Origin: Utricularia gibba
Taxonomy: Eukaryota; Plantae; Magnoliophyta
Assembly: GCA_002189035.1 (NCBI GenBank)
Contig: CM007992.1
Span: forward strand, 3,286,001-3,350,000
DNA length: 64,000 bases
Reading direction: 5' to 3'
Below the pieces are notes generated by a model. The model was not told the DNA's origin and did not search any database. It saw nothing but the letters and a program-made list of their open reading frames with translations. Shown here one piece after another: positions 1 to 12,961 of this stretch. Numbering within the stretch: position 1 is the stretch's first letter; each line of letters opens with the position of its first letter. The position numbers and the translations under genes were made by a program.

Positions 1-1090
1 TCAAAATTAAGTATAATTATATCAATTTTCGTATTCCACATTATAATTTATATAAATATTACACAATATCTAATTTGCATTATTGAATTCTCATGTGGTA
101 TGATTACAAAAGATGAATTTGTAATGTCTAGATTAATCACATAACCGAAATAATAATGCAATAATCACGTAATTAAATGATATATATTATACAATGATCA
201 AAAATCTTATAATTATGCGAAGTAAGTTCTCCAAACGTTATTATTCGAAATTTTGAATCATATATACTAACAACATTTCTAAAACAATATTTGTGCTTTT
301 ACTTATATTAAAACTTATCATTTTTCTAGATTACAAACTATTCAAAACAGTATTCATAGGCATTATTTAGCACTAATAAGCAGCATACAAAGTAGTCTAA
401 TGGTATAATCTGTACAACTTATTTTTCAACTTATGATTTTAAGTAGAAGTTAAAATTGCTTATTACAAAACCACTTGACTTTTATTTATTTATAACTTCT
501 ACTCAAACTTATACTTAACTTATACTTATTTTAAATTTGCCTACATTTCTACTTAAAACTCAACTTATTTAATAAGTTACATTTACCTTACTTATCAAAA
601 TAAGTCACCAACTTATTCCAACAAATGCATTCGCTTCCAATAAATCAAATCTGAACAAAATCGAAATATATTTGTTTCTTTATAAATAAATAATAAGTTG
701 TATAGACCACAACTACTTATTTAAATTCTACTTATCAAATAGATTCTACTTATGAATTAAGTATAAGTTACAAAATAAGTGGTGTAGACTAAGTGTCAAT
801 TAAGGATAATAAACAGTGTTTAGAACTCTTCTGAGCACCACTTAGTGATTATTACCAATGTTCATACTTCTGTCGATGCTGTTTAGTGATAAATAAACAA
901 CATCCAAACCCCTTCAGTAGAAGGCTGGAAATTTCAAAACTATGTTGGGACAGCAAAAACTGAGAGGGGAAAACATTCCTGCAAATGACTAGGAGATATA
1001 GCCATTCAGAAAGCACAGTTCATCAAGAATGGCACCTGATCTTAAGAGAGAAAGTTAAGATAATGTCCACAGACACAAGGAAGTGAGGCT

Positions 1091-2017
1091 TTAAAATAGA
1101 GACCTGGATTGATCTTTTTTCCCAAGGATTGCTTCCCAAACAGAAGATGAGAACGGCCCTTTCTTGTCCAAATACTCCCTAGCTGCTTTCCCATCCACAA
1201 AGAAGCCTTTTTCCTTCATCTGTTCTACCAAAATTTTAGCTTCTTCCAGACCCTTTTCCTTGCAATACCCATCGACCAAGGCCGTGAAAGTGACCAAATT
1301 TGGTGAAAATCCAGCCTCCAGCATTCCAACTGTAAACCCCACTGCATCATCCAATCTTTTTCCACTGCATAGCCCCTGAATCAAAACCTGATAAGTGAAG
1401 GCGTTTGGGGTCACCCCATTTGACAGCATTTTCTTGAAAACTCTCATGGCATCATCATGCTTGTGAGCTTTGCAAAAACCTTCCACCACAGCAGTGTACA
1501 CGACCACCTCCGGGATTGAACCCTTCTCGCGCATCAGACCGAACAGCTTAAGGGCATCTTGCACCAGTCCGTCTTTACATAAACCATCAAGCATAGCAAC
1601 GGCATTTGGGATCAAACCCGTCTCCTTCATCTTCCTGAATATCTCCTCTGCATCTTCCGGAGGTGGTAAAGCTTCCTCCTTCTCAGATTTCTGAGGCTCA
1701 GAAATCTTGTCCGCAGAACTGACATCCCGACCCTCGGAACGACGATCGAAGCCAAGTTTGAATCTTTCGAGAAAATCGGCATCACTCTCCCCCTTAAAAG
1801 AACTCAGGCTCCCAGAAACATCACGAACGCGGTTGGTTTTCGGGAATCGGTCGTTCCGAGGGGGGTTTGACTGTCCTCTCAGTGGGCGATTGGGAATTGG
1901 TTCTGGGGGTGGGTGAGAATGCCCAGAAGCATCATCAACCAAGGAAAATAATCGTAAATTCCGACCAAATTGAACCACAGAAGGGACTCTAAGCTTCGTT
2001 TTGAGCATCAAGAACAT
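1091..2017 (-). CDS. Pentatricopeptide repeat (P-class) protein, short organellar type (At4g38150-like), single exon
   Basis: Degenerate 35-aa PPR units (PNAVAMLDGLCKDGLVQDALKLFGLMREKG; PEVVVYTAVVEGFCKAH; PNAFTYQVLIQGLCSG; PNLVTFTALVDGYCKEK) follow an R/S/P-rich transit-peptide-like N-terminus. The ORF-track start at 2050 is TTG; the first ATGs are at 2017 and 2008. Confidence 0.92.
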   Translation of the reverse strand: MFLMLKTKLRVPSVVQFGRNLRLFSLVDDASGHSHPPPEPIPNRPLRGQSNPPRNDRFPKTNRVRDVSGSLSSFKGESDADFLERFKLGFDRRSEGRDVSSADKISEPQKSEKEEALPPPEDAEEIFRKMKETGLIPNAVAMLDGLCKDGLVQDALKLFGLMREKGSIPEVVVYTAVVEGFCKAHKHDDAMRVFKKMLSNGVTPNAFTYQVLIQGLCSGKRLDDAVGFTVGMLEAGFSPNLVTFTALVDGYCKEKGLEEAKILVEQMKEKGFFVDGKAAREYLDKKGPFSSSVWEAILGKKDQSRSLF

Positions 2018-2604
2018 TAGAAAAAACACTAGACGCCCGTCGCAGATCAAATTGCGGGCAATACGAGCTTGTTGAGAACCCTAGTTCCACGCAATTATCC
2101 CTAAATCAATTGCATAGATAGAATCACTGTTTGCCTTTCAAATAGAGATTTTATAAAATTCGCAACTTCGATAACTGTATTCATAGACTGTGTTAGGCTA
2201 GTTACCAAGTCTTCAGACTATGTCTGGAAGTTTCGCTCCCGAGACAAACGTTGCCGAGTGTCTCCGAGCACCGAGTGGATGGAAGAATCGGTAGCGATTG
2301 TTCTTGGATACAACACCAGGAAAGAGTCCTAACGCTGAGAAATGAACGGAAACGAGCGCAGGCGTCAGTACCGAGGGTGGGAAATGAAATGTCGACAACG
2401 GAGCGTACCCCTTACAACCGGCGGAGTGCGACGGAGTACAAAAATGGGACGCCGCCTACCGAGCGTCGCAGATCCTCGCCCTATCGAGTGTTGCTGAGCC
2501 AAATGCCTGACACTCGGTTTAGAGATAGAAAGCATGTAAATATTTATACGAGTTTGATTTGAAAAATAACAAAAGTATCCGTACGACCACATTTATTCAT
2601 ATTT

Positions 2605-3672
2605 GAGAAAATTGCACCAGAAATCCCAATTGTATAATATTTTATAAAATTAATCTACATTATTTAAAATAAATTTCATATTATTATCAATGGATAAAAT
2701 CGATCCCTAAAGTTTTGCGTATTCAGAATAATTAGTCTCAAAGTTTAGTGTATATGACTTTACATATGGCGTACTGTATGCTCCTCGATAGATTTGGGAT
2801 TGACTTTTTTTACTACAATCATTAATTCCTAAGGTTTTTAAAATTGGCACGATTAGTTCCAATGTTTAATAAAAATGATATAAGTATTCCCTTATTAGCA
2901 TATTTAGTTCTCAAATTTTACGTACTCGGCATATTTAGTTCTCAATTTTTGACGAACAGAACATATTTAGTCCTCAATTTTTTTAAGTTAATCATTTTTT
3001 ATTCCTACTGTTTAGATAACATTTATAATAGATCATCAATATTTTAAAATCGAATATATTCTACTCTCATTGTTTAATAATTTGATAAAATTGGTTCTCA
3101 TTTTCTTCGACCACCGTCCGGCCACCACTAAACACCGCCGACCGCCACCAACCACCGGTAACCAGCGGTCGTCAATGGTTGGTTGAAAATAGTAAAATTA
3201 AATTGATGAAAAAATTAAAGTTTTATATTGGGTATTGATTTTGCCATTAGTGTAAATAGTGGGACTATATTTGCTAAATTTTGAAAGAACGAAGACTATT
3301 TTTGCCCGAGTCTGAAACTGTAGGAACAAAGTATAAATGATTTTGAAATAATTGAACTTAATTAGTATTCTGAAAAATTTTTGAAAACTATTTTTATTTT
3401 TTAAAATTTATTTAAGAAAAAGTAGAAATTAAAAGTAAAAGTAAATTAATTCTTATTTTTCCAAAAGTAATTTTTGTAATATAATTTCAAAAATATTTTT
3501 GATATCATTACTTTTATAATTAATAATATTCTAGAACATAATTATTTTTATTTTTTAAAAAGCAAAATTAGAGTTCAAAAATTTTTCAAAACACTGATTT
3601 AAAACACTATTTAGGAAAACCAAATATTACATTTAGGTAAAAAAAAGTAGGGACCATTGATGCAATTTTCCC
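2605..3672. mobile_element. Non-autonomous Mutator-like (MULE/MITE) element with long imperfect TIRs
   Basis: Left end GAGAAAATTGCACCAGAAATCCC (2605) matches the reverse complement of the right end GGGACCATTGATGCAATTTTCCC (3672). Subterminal TTTAGTTCTCAA/TTTAGTCCTCAA repeats lie on the left arm and GGGACTA/GAAGACTA-type complements on the right. The core (3110-3180) is GC-rich. Flanks ATTCATATT / AATCATGTA are only a degenerate 9-bp TSD. Confidence 0.6.
3365..3560 (+). repeat. AT-rich dispersed repeat, copy 1 (nested in the MULE-like element)
   Basis: Aligns by eye to the reverse complement of 29340-29530 (shared blocks such as AAAAGTAATTTTTGTAAT-ATAATTT and ATTACTTTTA). Confidence 0.55.
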
Positions 3673-5084
3673 AATCATGTAATTGTTAAGAATTCATTCT
3701 CACAAAATGATATTCCTCAAACTACACATAGTTGAGATTTGCAAAATTGAGGGCTGCATGCATACTTACATGCATTTTGAAAGATTTTCCACCAGAGTGC
3801 CCAAACTTCATTTCCCTAATAAATGTTTCAAATGAAATAAAATAAGTTCGAATTTCTAATTAAACAATTAAATAGGAATATTTTTTATTGGGGGAAATAA
3901 TAAAAAAAAACTGCATTAATGAGGGAGAGCCCAACTGAGGGCCCAAGTTGTTTATTAGCCCAATTGCTTAGTTATACTCATTTATTTATATCCACCCGTC
4001 TCTGTCTTCCGGAATTGGCGAGACTCCATCGTCACGTTGAGCTGTCGACCGGGGATTGGCTACAGATCCGGCAACCCGACCTCTGCTGTCGTTGAATCAT
4101 GGTGTCGTTTTTCTGCGTTTCGTTTCTATTATTCTTTATTCTGGGCGTTTGACTGGTCTTGACTGATGGATTTGGATCCATTGATACTGTGATTAAGAAA
4201 GGGATTGTTTAATTTTTATGGGGTGTTTGTTTATGGGGGTTAGGGTATCATTTGGTGGGAGGTAGAAGCAAACTGCAAAAGTGTTATTGTGGAAAGCAGT
4301 CAAAGTCCCGCACGGGAAAAGGACGGACGGACAGTCAAAGCAAGCTTCTTTTCTCGCTTTCTTTGGTTTTAAATTCTGGGAAATCAGTTTTTTCCGACCA
4401 TTTCTGAAATCGAGAAATTATTTCCATGCCCGATGGATTAACGAGTGGCAGACAGATATATTTGCTTTGCTCGTGCTTTCTTTTCTTTGTACCCATTTCT
4501 TCTCTCGCCGAAGCGGCGGAGCATTGGGGTTTGGTTTGGGGTTGGGATACCCTTCTTTTCTTTCTCGCCTTGGGGAATTGTGATCTGGGTCTTGGTTGTT
4601 TCCCTTGCATTTTCGTCAAAGGGGTTTTTTTTTCCCTCTGGATCTCTTCACTGTTTTTTGAGGCGTCAACCGGTAGCGAGATCTGGGGTTCTAGGAAAGA
4701 GTGTTGGTTGTGAAATTTCTCTGCTTGTGTGTTATGGTGATAATGCTGATGGCTTTTGACCATTGAAACGAAATTGTGGAAAAAGCTAAAGGTGTGGTGT
4801 GACTACTCTTTTAGAATGGTGCGAGTGCTTTGTTGCACCTTGTAATTGTCACTGAAAGCAGAATGGATGTTTGAGGAAGGCCTCATTCTTTATTCCTTTT
4901 TTCTTCCTTTAACAATTGCACGTGTTCTAAGGCAGATGCGACGTGCTTTGTTGAAAGGTGGAGATTTCGCTCATCCTTGTCATACAAGGAAAGGGGAAGA
5001 AGGAAAGATGGAATTTGAGCGCTCTATCTGGTAATTGGGGCAGTTGTCTTTACATATACAGGACGGGAGGGGGAATTTACGGCA

Positions 5085-6425
5085 ATGCCGATGCGTCCAC
5101 CATCAAAGAAGAATGGATTTCTTGGGGGTGGAGATGGGCGCGTGCTAGATCTGGATACCGCTGTCAAAGATGGAGTCTTGGGAGGAGTTGGAGTTGGTGG
5201 ATTAGGGACTGGGGTTGTGGAGAAATTGGATCTCAATAAGATGATTGAAGAGCTAAATTTACCTGAAGTTCCCTCAGTTTTCATCTGCCCCATCTCCTTA
5301 GAACCGATGACAGATCCTGTCACTCTCTGCACAGGACAAACGTACGAGAAATCCAATATTCTCAAATGGTTGGGAATGGGGCATTACACTTGTCCAACAA
5401 CTATGCAGGAGCTGTGGGATGATATTCTTACGCCCAACAAAACGCTTTATCAGTTGATTTGCACTTGGTTTTCACAGCAGTATGTGCAGATGAAGAAGAG
5501 ATCAGAAGATGCACAAGGCAGAACTTCGGAGCTTCTGACGACCCTTAAAAGGGTCAAGGGCCAGGCTAGAATCCAAACTCTGAAGGAATTGCAGCAGCTT
5601 GTGGCTAGCCATGTAACTGCAAGGACTGCGGTTGTTGATGAAGGTGGGGTGGCGGTTCTCTCATCCTTGCTCGGTCCATTTACCTCCTATGCTGTGGGCT
5701 CAGAAGTCATAGCAATTCTTGTGAACTTGACTCTGTGCTCTGATTCTAAAGCAAACTTGATGCAACCTTCAAAGGTTTCCTCTGTGATAGATGTTTTAAA
5801 TGAAGGGTCTATAGATGCTAAGCTGAACTGCGTTTGTCTGATTGAGATGTTGATGGATGATAATGGTTTCTCCGTGGAAGCAATATCTAGTCACAGCTTA
5901 TTGGTTGCATTGATGAGGCTGATTAAGGATAAGAGACACCCAAACGGCCATTTTCCTGGTCTTTCTCTTCTCAAATCCATTAGCATACATCATGAACTAC
6001 AGACTTTGATTCTGAATATTGGGTCTGTACACCAGTTGGTAGAACTAATACCATCCTTGAAACCAGAATGCATTGCCTTGGCACTCTTCACATTGGATGC
6101 ACTCTCTTCTACATCTGAAGGGAAACAAGCTCTCAAGGATTGCTCAAAAACCATACCTACCATGGTGAAACTACTGATGAGAATATCTGAGATCTGTACA
6201 GGACATGCTCTTTCAATTTTGTTATCGGTTTGCAAGCATGCACCTGAAGAATGCTCTTTGATAGCTGTGGAGGCAGGGCTGGCCCCGAAGCTCCTCCTTG
6301 TCATCCAGAGTGGTTGTAGGCAAATTCTGAAGCAGCAAGCGGCTGAACTGTTGAAACTGTGCAGGCTGAATTACTCAGACACCATGTTTATATCCAAGTG
6401 TAAACTAACCAGGACGATCCAATGA
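5085..6425 (+). CDS. U-box/ARM-repeat E3 ubiquitin ligase, PUB30/PUB31-like, single coding exon
   Basis: U-box motif VPSVFICPISLEPMTDPVTLCTGQTYEKSNILKWLGMGHYTCPTTMQEL, ARM-like helical repeats, and the family C-terminus YSDTMFISKCKLTRTIQ. Uninterrupted 446-aa ORF. Confidence 0.93.
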   Translation: MPMRPPSKKNGFLGGGDGRVLDLDTAVKDGVLGGVGVGGLGTGVVEKLDLNKMIEELNLPEVPSVFICPISLEPMTDPVTLCTGQTYEKSNILKWLGMGHYTCPTTMQELWDDILTPNKTLYQLICTWFSQQYVQMKKRSEDAQGRTSELLTTLKRVKGQARIQTLKELQQLVASHVTARTAVVDEGGVAVLSSLLGPFTSYAVGSEVIAILVNLTLCSDSKANLMQPSKVSSVIDVLNEGSIDAKLNCVCLIEMLMDDNGFSVEAISSHSLLVALMRLIKDKRHPNGHFPGLSLLKSISIHHELQTLILNIGSVHQLVELIPSLKPECIALALFTLDALSSTSEGKQALKDCSKTIPTMVKLLMRISEICTGHALSILLSVCKHAPEECSLIAVEAGLAPKLLLVIQSGCRQILKQQAAELLKLCRLNYSDTMFISKCKLTRTIQ

Positions 6426-9083
6426 GATATTGGAGCAAGAGTTGCCAACACATGCCTGGACCTTTTATTCCTGAAGCTGCTTTGATTTAACATAAATGGT
6501 GGCTTGCTGAATTTTCTAATAAGCACTCGTGGGAGGAGACAGGGAGCCAGAGGTCAGTCATGCCCCCTGCACTGTTTCATTGTAAATGTATAAAGACAAG
6601 AACAGACCGTCTGCAGCCATTCTATTCTCATTCATTATCACGCGACTTGATGGGAGTTTCAGTTGCAAATCTCACTATCAGAAGCTGCTGTTCTGCTCCA
6701 GTTTTTCTTCAACTTTTTTCCTTGCTACTTTTTCTGAAAGTTTTGCTGTGGTCTTAGAGACTGTAGATTGTAATTGCTGTGAACCTCCTCACTCAATTTA
6801 AGATAAGAGCTTATTGATCAGCAATGCACCTAAGAAACAGAAGCTGCGGGGTAAAGAAAGCACCCCAATGAACTGGCAACAGTAGGAATGAAACGTCCAA
6901 TGCAGTTACCTCAAGAAGGGAAACATCTCAATGCAGCAGCAAAAGCATGATGAGATCAATCCTGCTGCATTCACAGTCTAATTCCCACAGCTCTTTCTCG
7001 GTCTTTCTCCCTTTGTTTGATTTGTAGTAGACGCTCATGGATGTGCCCACAGCTCCGTATTTGCCCCTGCGGTGCTCGGATACAGCATACTGTGGTTCGA
7101 GGTCATGGTTATCTATCAAAAAGTCTCCATTTTGCCAACTTTCTCTGATCCATCGAGTTCCTCCCCGCGCAGGACGGGTCCCGGAGCACAGTAGACTCCA
7201 ATGTCTGTGTACATTTGAGCGTAAGCTACATAGCCTTGATGTAGCTTTTGAAAGAATCCTGATTTTAGTACTGTGTTTGGTATATGAATAAATTATATTA
7301 AGAATAAGAGTTGCCAGTTATCAAAACAAGGGATTTTCGATTTTTTTAGATATGGTATATAATTAGTCATCATTATAACTCTTTTTTTATTGATCAAATT
7401 TGATTTTAACTGATAAAAACCGAATTTTGAACCGGTTATACCGGTTTGGTTTGTACTACCGGTTTGAAAACATAATACTATCATATTAAATTATTGTATA
7501 TTTGTTTTAAAAATCTTTTATTATAACGATTGATTTAAATTCTAATCATTTTAGAATAAAAAAATGAATTAGAATCCAATCATGATTTGATTAAGATTCA
7601 ATTATATTTTAATATTTTTCATAATAAAAAACAAATGATTCAATCATAATTTAAACTATAGTTAAATTGTTCAAACCACGAAACCATTTTATAAATAATT
7701 TAGGATTATTTTGATGATCTAAAACAATATCATTATCTAATATAAAAAAACCAAGTTGTTGACTTAGCCTTAGAGCCCTCCCTAGTAGTTAGCTTATCCA
7801 AAGTCTAGGAGTAGAATTAATTACCAATATTTCTTGACAAATATTTCTAAATGCTTAGCAATGGAGCAACTGATAGAGGCATTGAGTGATCGAATGGGAT
7901 GAAGAGCACACACGAGAGACTTATGGGGAATCTACTTGTAGGTGTGCGTGGGCTTTTGCAGGACGTGTGAATAGCCACTTGGTAGTATGAAATGCACTAT
8001 AATGTCGTGTTTGTAAGTTATACCGGTATACATTATTTCGATATAAATTTATTCAAATGACCAAATAAACTTAATGAGTAGTGACATGTAGGAGAAATAT
8101 ATGCTTATAAGAAGAGAAAAAAATGTATGAGAATAAATTTATATTAAGTATCAAATACATATTATATATTTTAGTATATGGTATATACATTATTATACAA
8201 GGTACCAAACACAACATGTTTTTTATGTGGATATAATACTTTGATTTATTTGATAAAAACTGCTATATGCGTTTGTTGAAGTAGTTTAGATATTCTTAGA
8301 GAGCATTTTTTTTCTACATATACTTAATATATCATTAAAATATTTAATAGAATAGAATTTAATATAATTAAGTTTCAATGTTCAATATATTGAAATTGAA
8401 AATCAAATTCAACTATGCCTAATTGTTTATTATACAATTTATTGTTTACAAACAAAAAAAATATTATTCGATTGAAAATGATTTACCAATAAAATATAAT
8501 TTATATAAAATTAACTATTTAGAATATAAATGAATGATTATGAAATAGTCGAGCTTTAAAAAATGTATGTTTACAAATCTAAATGAAAAAAATATATAGT
8601 TAGTAAAAAATAAAAATAATAAAAAGAAAAGGTCAGGTTTAATGTCAATTGATCAATTTTGAAATTAATTTTAATTGGAGGAACGGTTTTCTAATTTTTG
8701 CTAATTCTCTATAAAAGGTAAGTATGTTTATTAATAGAAAGTAATTTATTTGTATTAAAAATACTTTTTTATTACGATTTAATTTCATTTTTTTGTTAAT
8801 TATTTTTAATTCAGTTTTAAATTGGCCTCTGGATTGGTCAACTGATGCCCCGCCGACAACGGCAGTGTACTCGACAAGTGAATCTGGTGCTTAACTGGGC
8901 GTATCTCATTAATAATTAGTGGGGAAGATTATGTGGAGAAAAATCTGTTAATCATACTTAAAAGCAAGTTAATCCAATGATTAAGACTATTAATGACGCT
9001 ATATAAACACTTGATTCCTGCATATGCAAGCAGCACTTCAGTAGTACGTTCAACTTGTCTTCTTCGTCGAGTTCGTACGGGAA

Positions 9084-12044
9084 ATGAGGGAGAAGGGATG
9101 GGGAAACTGCCTTCTTGTGATGATTCTTTTTTGTGATTTCACAGCATTTTCGGTTTCTGCGCAGGAAGGGGTGGTCGGATATGGGTATAGCGTGAAGTGG
9201 GTGACCGTTTCGCCCACGAAGAGAAAGCTCACGGCCCAGCTTCAGGTGATCGGAAATTCCTCCGTTTACGGGGCGGATGTGAAATTCCTATCCCTCACCG
9301 CGAGGTAATGCTGCGTTTGTTTTCGGCGATTGATGTATAGGGCTAATGGTTGTTATTGCTTTTCATTTTGAAAGTTTGGAAACTGGGGAACGGTTGAGAA
9401 TCACGATAACTGATTCGGAGAATCCGCGTTGGGAAGTTCCCAACTCCGTTGTTCCACGTGGACCTAATGTCCCTCTCCCCGGGCCGCCGCCATCTCAGAA
9501 GCCTGCTTCGGAGGTGCTCTACTTTCCTGGTTCTGGCTTCATCTTCACACTGCAAAACAGTGCTCCATTTGGGTTCAGCGTCAGCCGCCCCTCCGGCGAG
9601 ATACTGTTTGATGCTTATCCGGTGATCGGCGATTCGTCAACGTACCTCATTTTCAAAGACCAGTACATCCAGCTCTCATCGTCTCTGCCGAAGACCTCCA
9701 ATATTTACGGCCTCGGAGAGCATACAAAGAGCACTTTCAAGATTCAGCCTAATCAGGTTCTTACTCTATGGAACGCAGACATTGCGAGTTTCAATAAGGA
9801 TCTTAATCTCTATGGATCTCATCCTTTTTACATGGATTTGAGAGCTCCCAGTGGTACTACCCATGGAGTTTTGCTGCTCAATAGTAATGGCATGGATGTT
9901 GTTTACACTGGAGATAGGATTACATATAAAACTATAGGTGGGCTTATCGACTTGTACTTGTTTGCCGGACCAACCCCGGCGGAGGTTATGGAACAGTATA
10001 CTGAACTCATCGGCCGCCCTACTCCCATGCCCTACTGGTCATTTGGTGAGATACATCCAAACTTGGACCTTCTTCATGTTCATGCTTTGTCCATTGTGGG
10101 ATTTATTCATTTCACTCTCTCTGCTTATAGGATTTCACCAGTGTAGATATGGCTACCCCAATTTGGCTTATTTGGAGAATGTGGTGGCTAATTATTCAAA
10201 AGCTGGAATTCCACTGGATGTTATGTGGACAGATATAGATTACATGGATAACTACAAGGATTTCACCTTTGATCCGGTTAACTTCCCTGTGGATGGAATG
10301 AAGAACTTTGTCAATTCACTTCATGCGAAAGGGCGGAAGTATGTGGTGATAGTGGATCCCGGCAAGTCCCTTACTTGTTACATGTATGTCTTTTATTTCA
10401 GCTTGCATATGCATCTGAATCTGGAGCTTCTCTTTGGAATGTAGGAATTGCTGTGGATGACTCGTATCCGACGTACCTCCGGGGATTGAAAGACGACGTC
10501 TACATAAAGAGAAATGGTGTTCCATATCTTGGACAAGTGTGGCCTGGTCAAACTTACTTTCCTGACTTTCTGAACCCGAAAGCTGGAGACTTCTGGACTA
10601 CAGAGATCAAGATTTTTCATGACACTCTCCCTGTTGATGGCTTATGGATTGACATGAATGAGCTATCCAACTTCATTACCTCACCTCCTGATCCATCTTC
10701 TTCCCTTGATGACCCTCCTTACACGATCAACAACTCCGGCGGCCAAGTTCCGATCATCAGCAGGACTGTCCCAGCCTCAGCTCTCCACTATGGGAACCTC
10801 ACGGAGTACAATGTTCACAATTTGTATGGATTCCTCGAGGCAAGAGCTACAAATGAGGCTCTAGTCTCCGTTACTGGTAAAAGGCCATTCGTTCTTGGTA
10901 GGTCTACTTTCGTTGGGGCTGGGAGGTATACTGCCCACTGGACAGGGGATAATGCTGCAACATGGAATGATTTGGCTTACAGTATCCCAGGCATCCTGAA
11001 CTTTGGATTGTTCGGTATTCCGATGGTCGGAGCCGATATATGCGGCTTCGCAGGAAATACGACTGAGGAACTCTGCCGCCGGTGGATTCAGGTAAAAGAA
11101 GCCAACTCACAATGCAGCTTCCTAGTTCCTTTGCTGCTTCTATGACCTTTAAGCTTATGGTGCAGTTAGGTGCTTTTTATCCCTTTGCAAGAGATCATTC
11201 AGCCAAGGACAGCAACCCCCAAGAACTCTACATCTGGGACTCAGTCGCTGCGTCTGCAAGAGCATCGTTAGGCCTTCGCTACAGGCTCCTGCCGTACTTG
11301 TACACACTGATGTTCCAGTCACACCTTAAAGGCACTCCGATCGCCCGGCCGCTATTCTTCTCATTCCCGGAGGATACAAACACCTACGACATCAGTTCAC
11401 AGTTCCTCCTGGGCCAAAGTGTGTTGATCACCCCTGTGCTGCAGCAGGGAGCAACCTCCGTTGATGCATATTTCCCAGCAGGGAAATGGTTCAATCTCTT
11501 CAACACCTCACAGTACCTGAGCCTGAAAACCGGGCAACGCATCCTCCTGGATGCCCCAGAGGATCATGCCAACATCCATGTTCGGGAAGGCACTGTATTA
11601 GCTTTACAGGGAGAGGCAATGACATCTACCGCAGCTCGGGAAACGCCCTTCGAGCTGCTGTTCGTTGTGGGGGGAGACGGAGGGAGCTTCGGGGAAGTGT
11701 TTTTGGACAATGGGGTCGATTTAGAGTTCGCAGGAGAGGACAGGAGATGGACGAGTGTGATGTTCAGCAGCAGGACGATTGGAGACAAGCTGATTCTCAG
11801 CTCCAAGGTGGTGAATGGAGAATTTGCACTGAGCCAGAACTGGATCATCGACAAGCTAACAGTTTGTGGGGTTGGAAGAGGCTTCAGTGGGATCAAAGGA
11901 TTGACATTTGCTCCGGCGACAAGAGCAGGTGTGGATGTACAAGGAAACGACGCTTGTACGGCTATTTCCAACCTCTCTTTGCCCATAGGCAGAGAGTTTA
12001 TCATCGAAATTACCCTTGGCCGTAGTCACCAATTCCACGTGTGA
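9084..12044 (+). CDS. Secreted alpha-glucosidase (glycoside hydrolase family 31), 5 exons, about 882 aa
   Basis: Exons 9084-9304, 9375-10045, 10131-10361, 10445-11091 and 11166-12044 join in frame. Signal peptide; catalytic motifs DGLWIDMNE and HWTGDN; GADICGF and [11 protein letters not shown]. Intron 3 (10362-10444) has a GC donor. Confidence 0.95.
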
Positions 12045-12392
12045 CCAAAGTCAGGACAGGTTCTTTGTAATAAAAATGATTTTAAATTGATGAATGGTAT
12101 CATCCAATAATATGATATTGTCCGTTTTGAGTAATCAAATTTTATAATTTTACGTTTTCCTTTTCTGAAAAAAAGGTTTTGTATAAGGTTTAACGTGATT
12201 ATTATATTTAATCTTTTTCTTTTCTTCATTATTAATAGATATAAAATTCATCTAATTTGATTGCTAAACACTTAATTGAATAGCGCCTTATATTCACCCT
12301 CCTCATAAAATATAAACTCACATGCTTTTTGAGATTTACATTGTTTTTAATAATAAATACTTAATTAAGAATTAAAATACAATGGGCATTCG

Positions 12393-12961
12393 TCATGGGC
12401 CAAATTTCGGGTCCGGGTCGGAGGAGGGATACCCTATTCCATGGCGGCGGTTCGGAAACAGGACGAACACTGTGCTTGCGATGGACCCGAACACCGCCGG
12501 CAGAGCGATGAGCAACGTTTTCTGAGTGGACGCGAAGGAAGGGTAGAAGCATTTAACCGAATTGGGGTCCAAAAGAGACAGAACCGCAAACACGAAGACG
12601 CCCAGAAACGCGTGCACGAAGTCCCCGATCCTTAGTCTGTAGGCCGACAAGTTCTCCCCTCCGATCCCGGCCACATGCCGCTCCTGGTCGCGATCCCGTA
12701 TCGCTTGACTCCCTGGCTGTCGGTATAGCTATCGGTGAAGGACGAAAAGAAGCAAGAAAGGCCGCCAAAGGCGATCAGCGCGCCGGATAGGACACGGTTG
12801 GCCGGGAGGCACTCGCCGTTGTTGGATAACAGAGGGTTTAGGAACTGGAATAGGAAGACGGTGCCGGTGGGAAGCAGATGCATCAGGCTGCCGAGGCCCT
12901 CGAAAGTCGACTGACCGGCGGCTCTAGGTCTTGTGTTCTCAGAGTTGGAAGACGCCGCCAT
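12393..12961 (-). CDS. DMP (DUF679) membrane protein, copy 1, with one apparent -1 frameshift
   Basis: Motifs [42 protein letters not shown] and [11 protein letters not shown] are split over two ORFs. One extra base in the run at 12656-12659 restores [14 protein letters not shown] (about 189 aa). ATG 12961 aligns with the ATG of copy 2. Confidence 0.85.

Noticed and set aside
405-790. AT-rich tract with repeated ACTTAT/ATAAGT motifs, possible Tourist-like MITE
   Set aside because: I could not define convincing TIRs or a TSD, so it is not listed as a feature.
2251-2562. 103-aa ORF in a GC-richer patch upstream of the PPR gene
   Set aside because: No recognisable motif or splice context; low-complexity R/S/T composition; probably promoter or TE-derived.
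4281-4763. Several overlapping 95-142-aa ORFs upstream of the PUB gene
   Set aside because: They lie in the CT/GT-rich 5' leader and intron region of the U-box gene, with biased composition and no domain signal.
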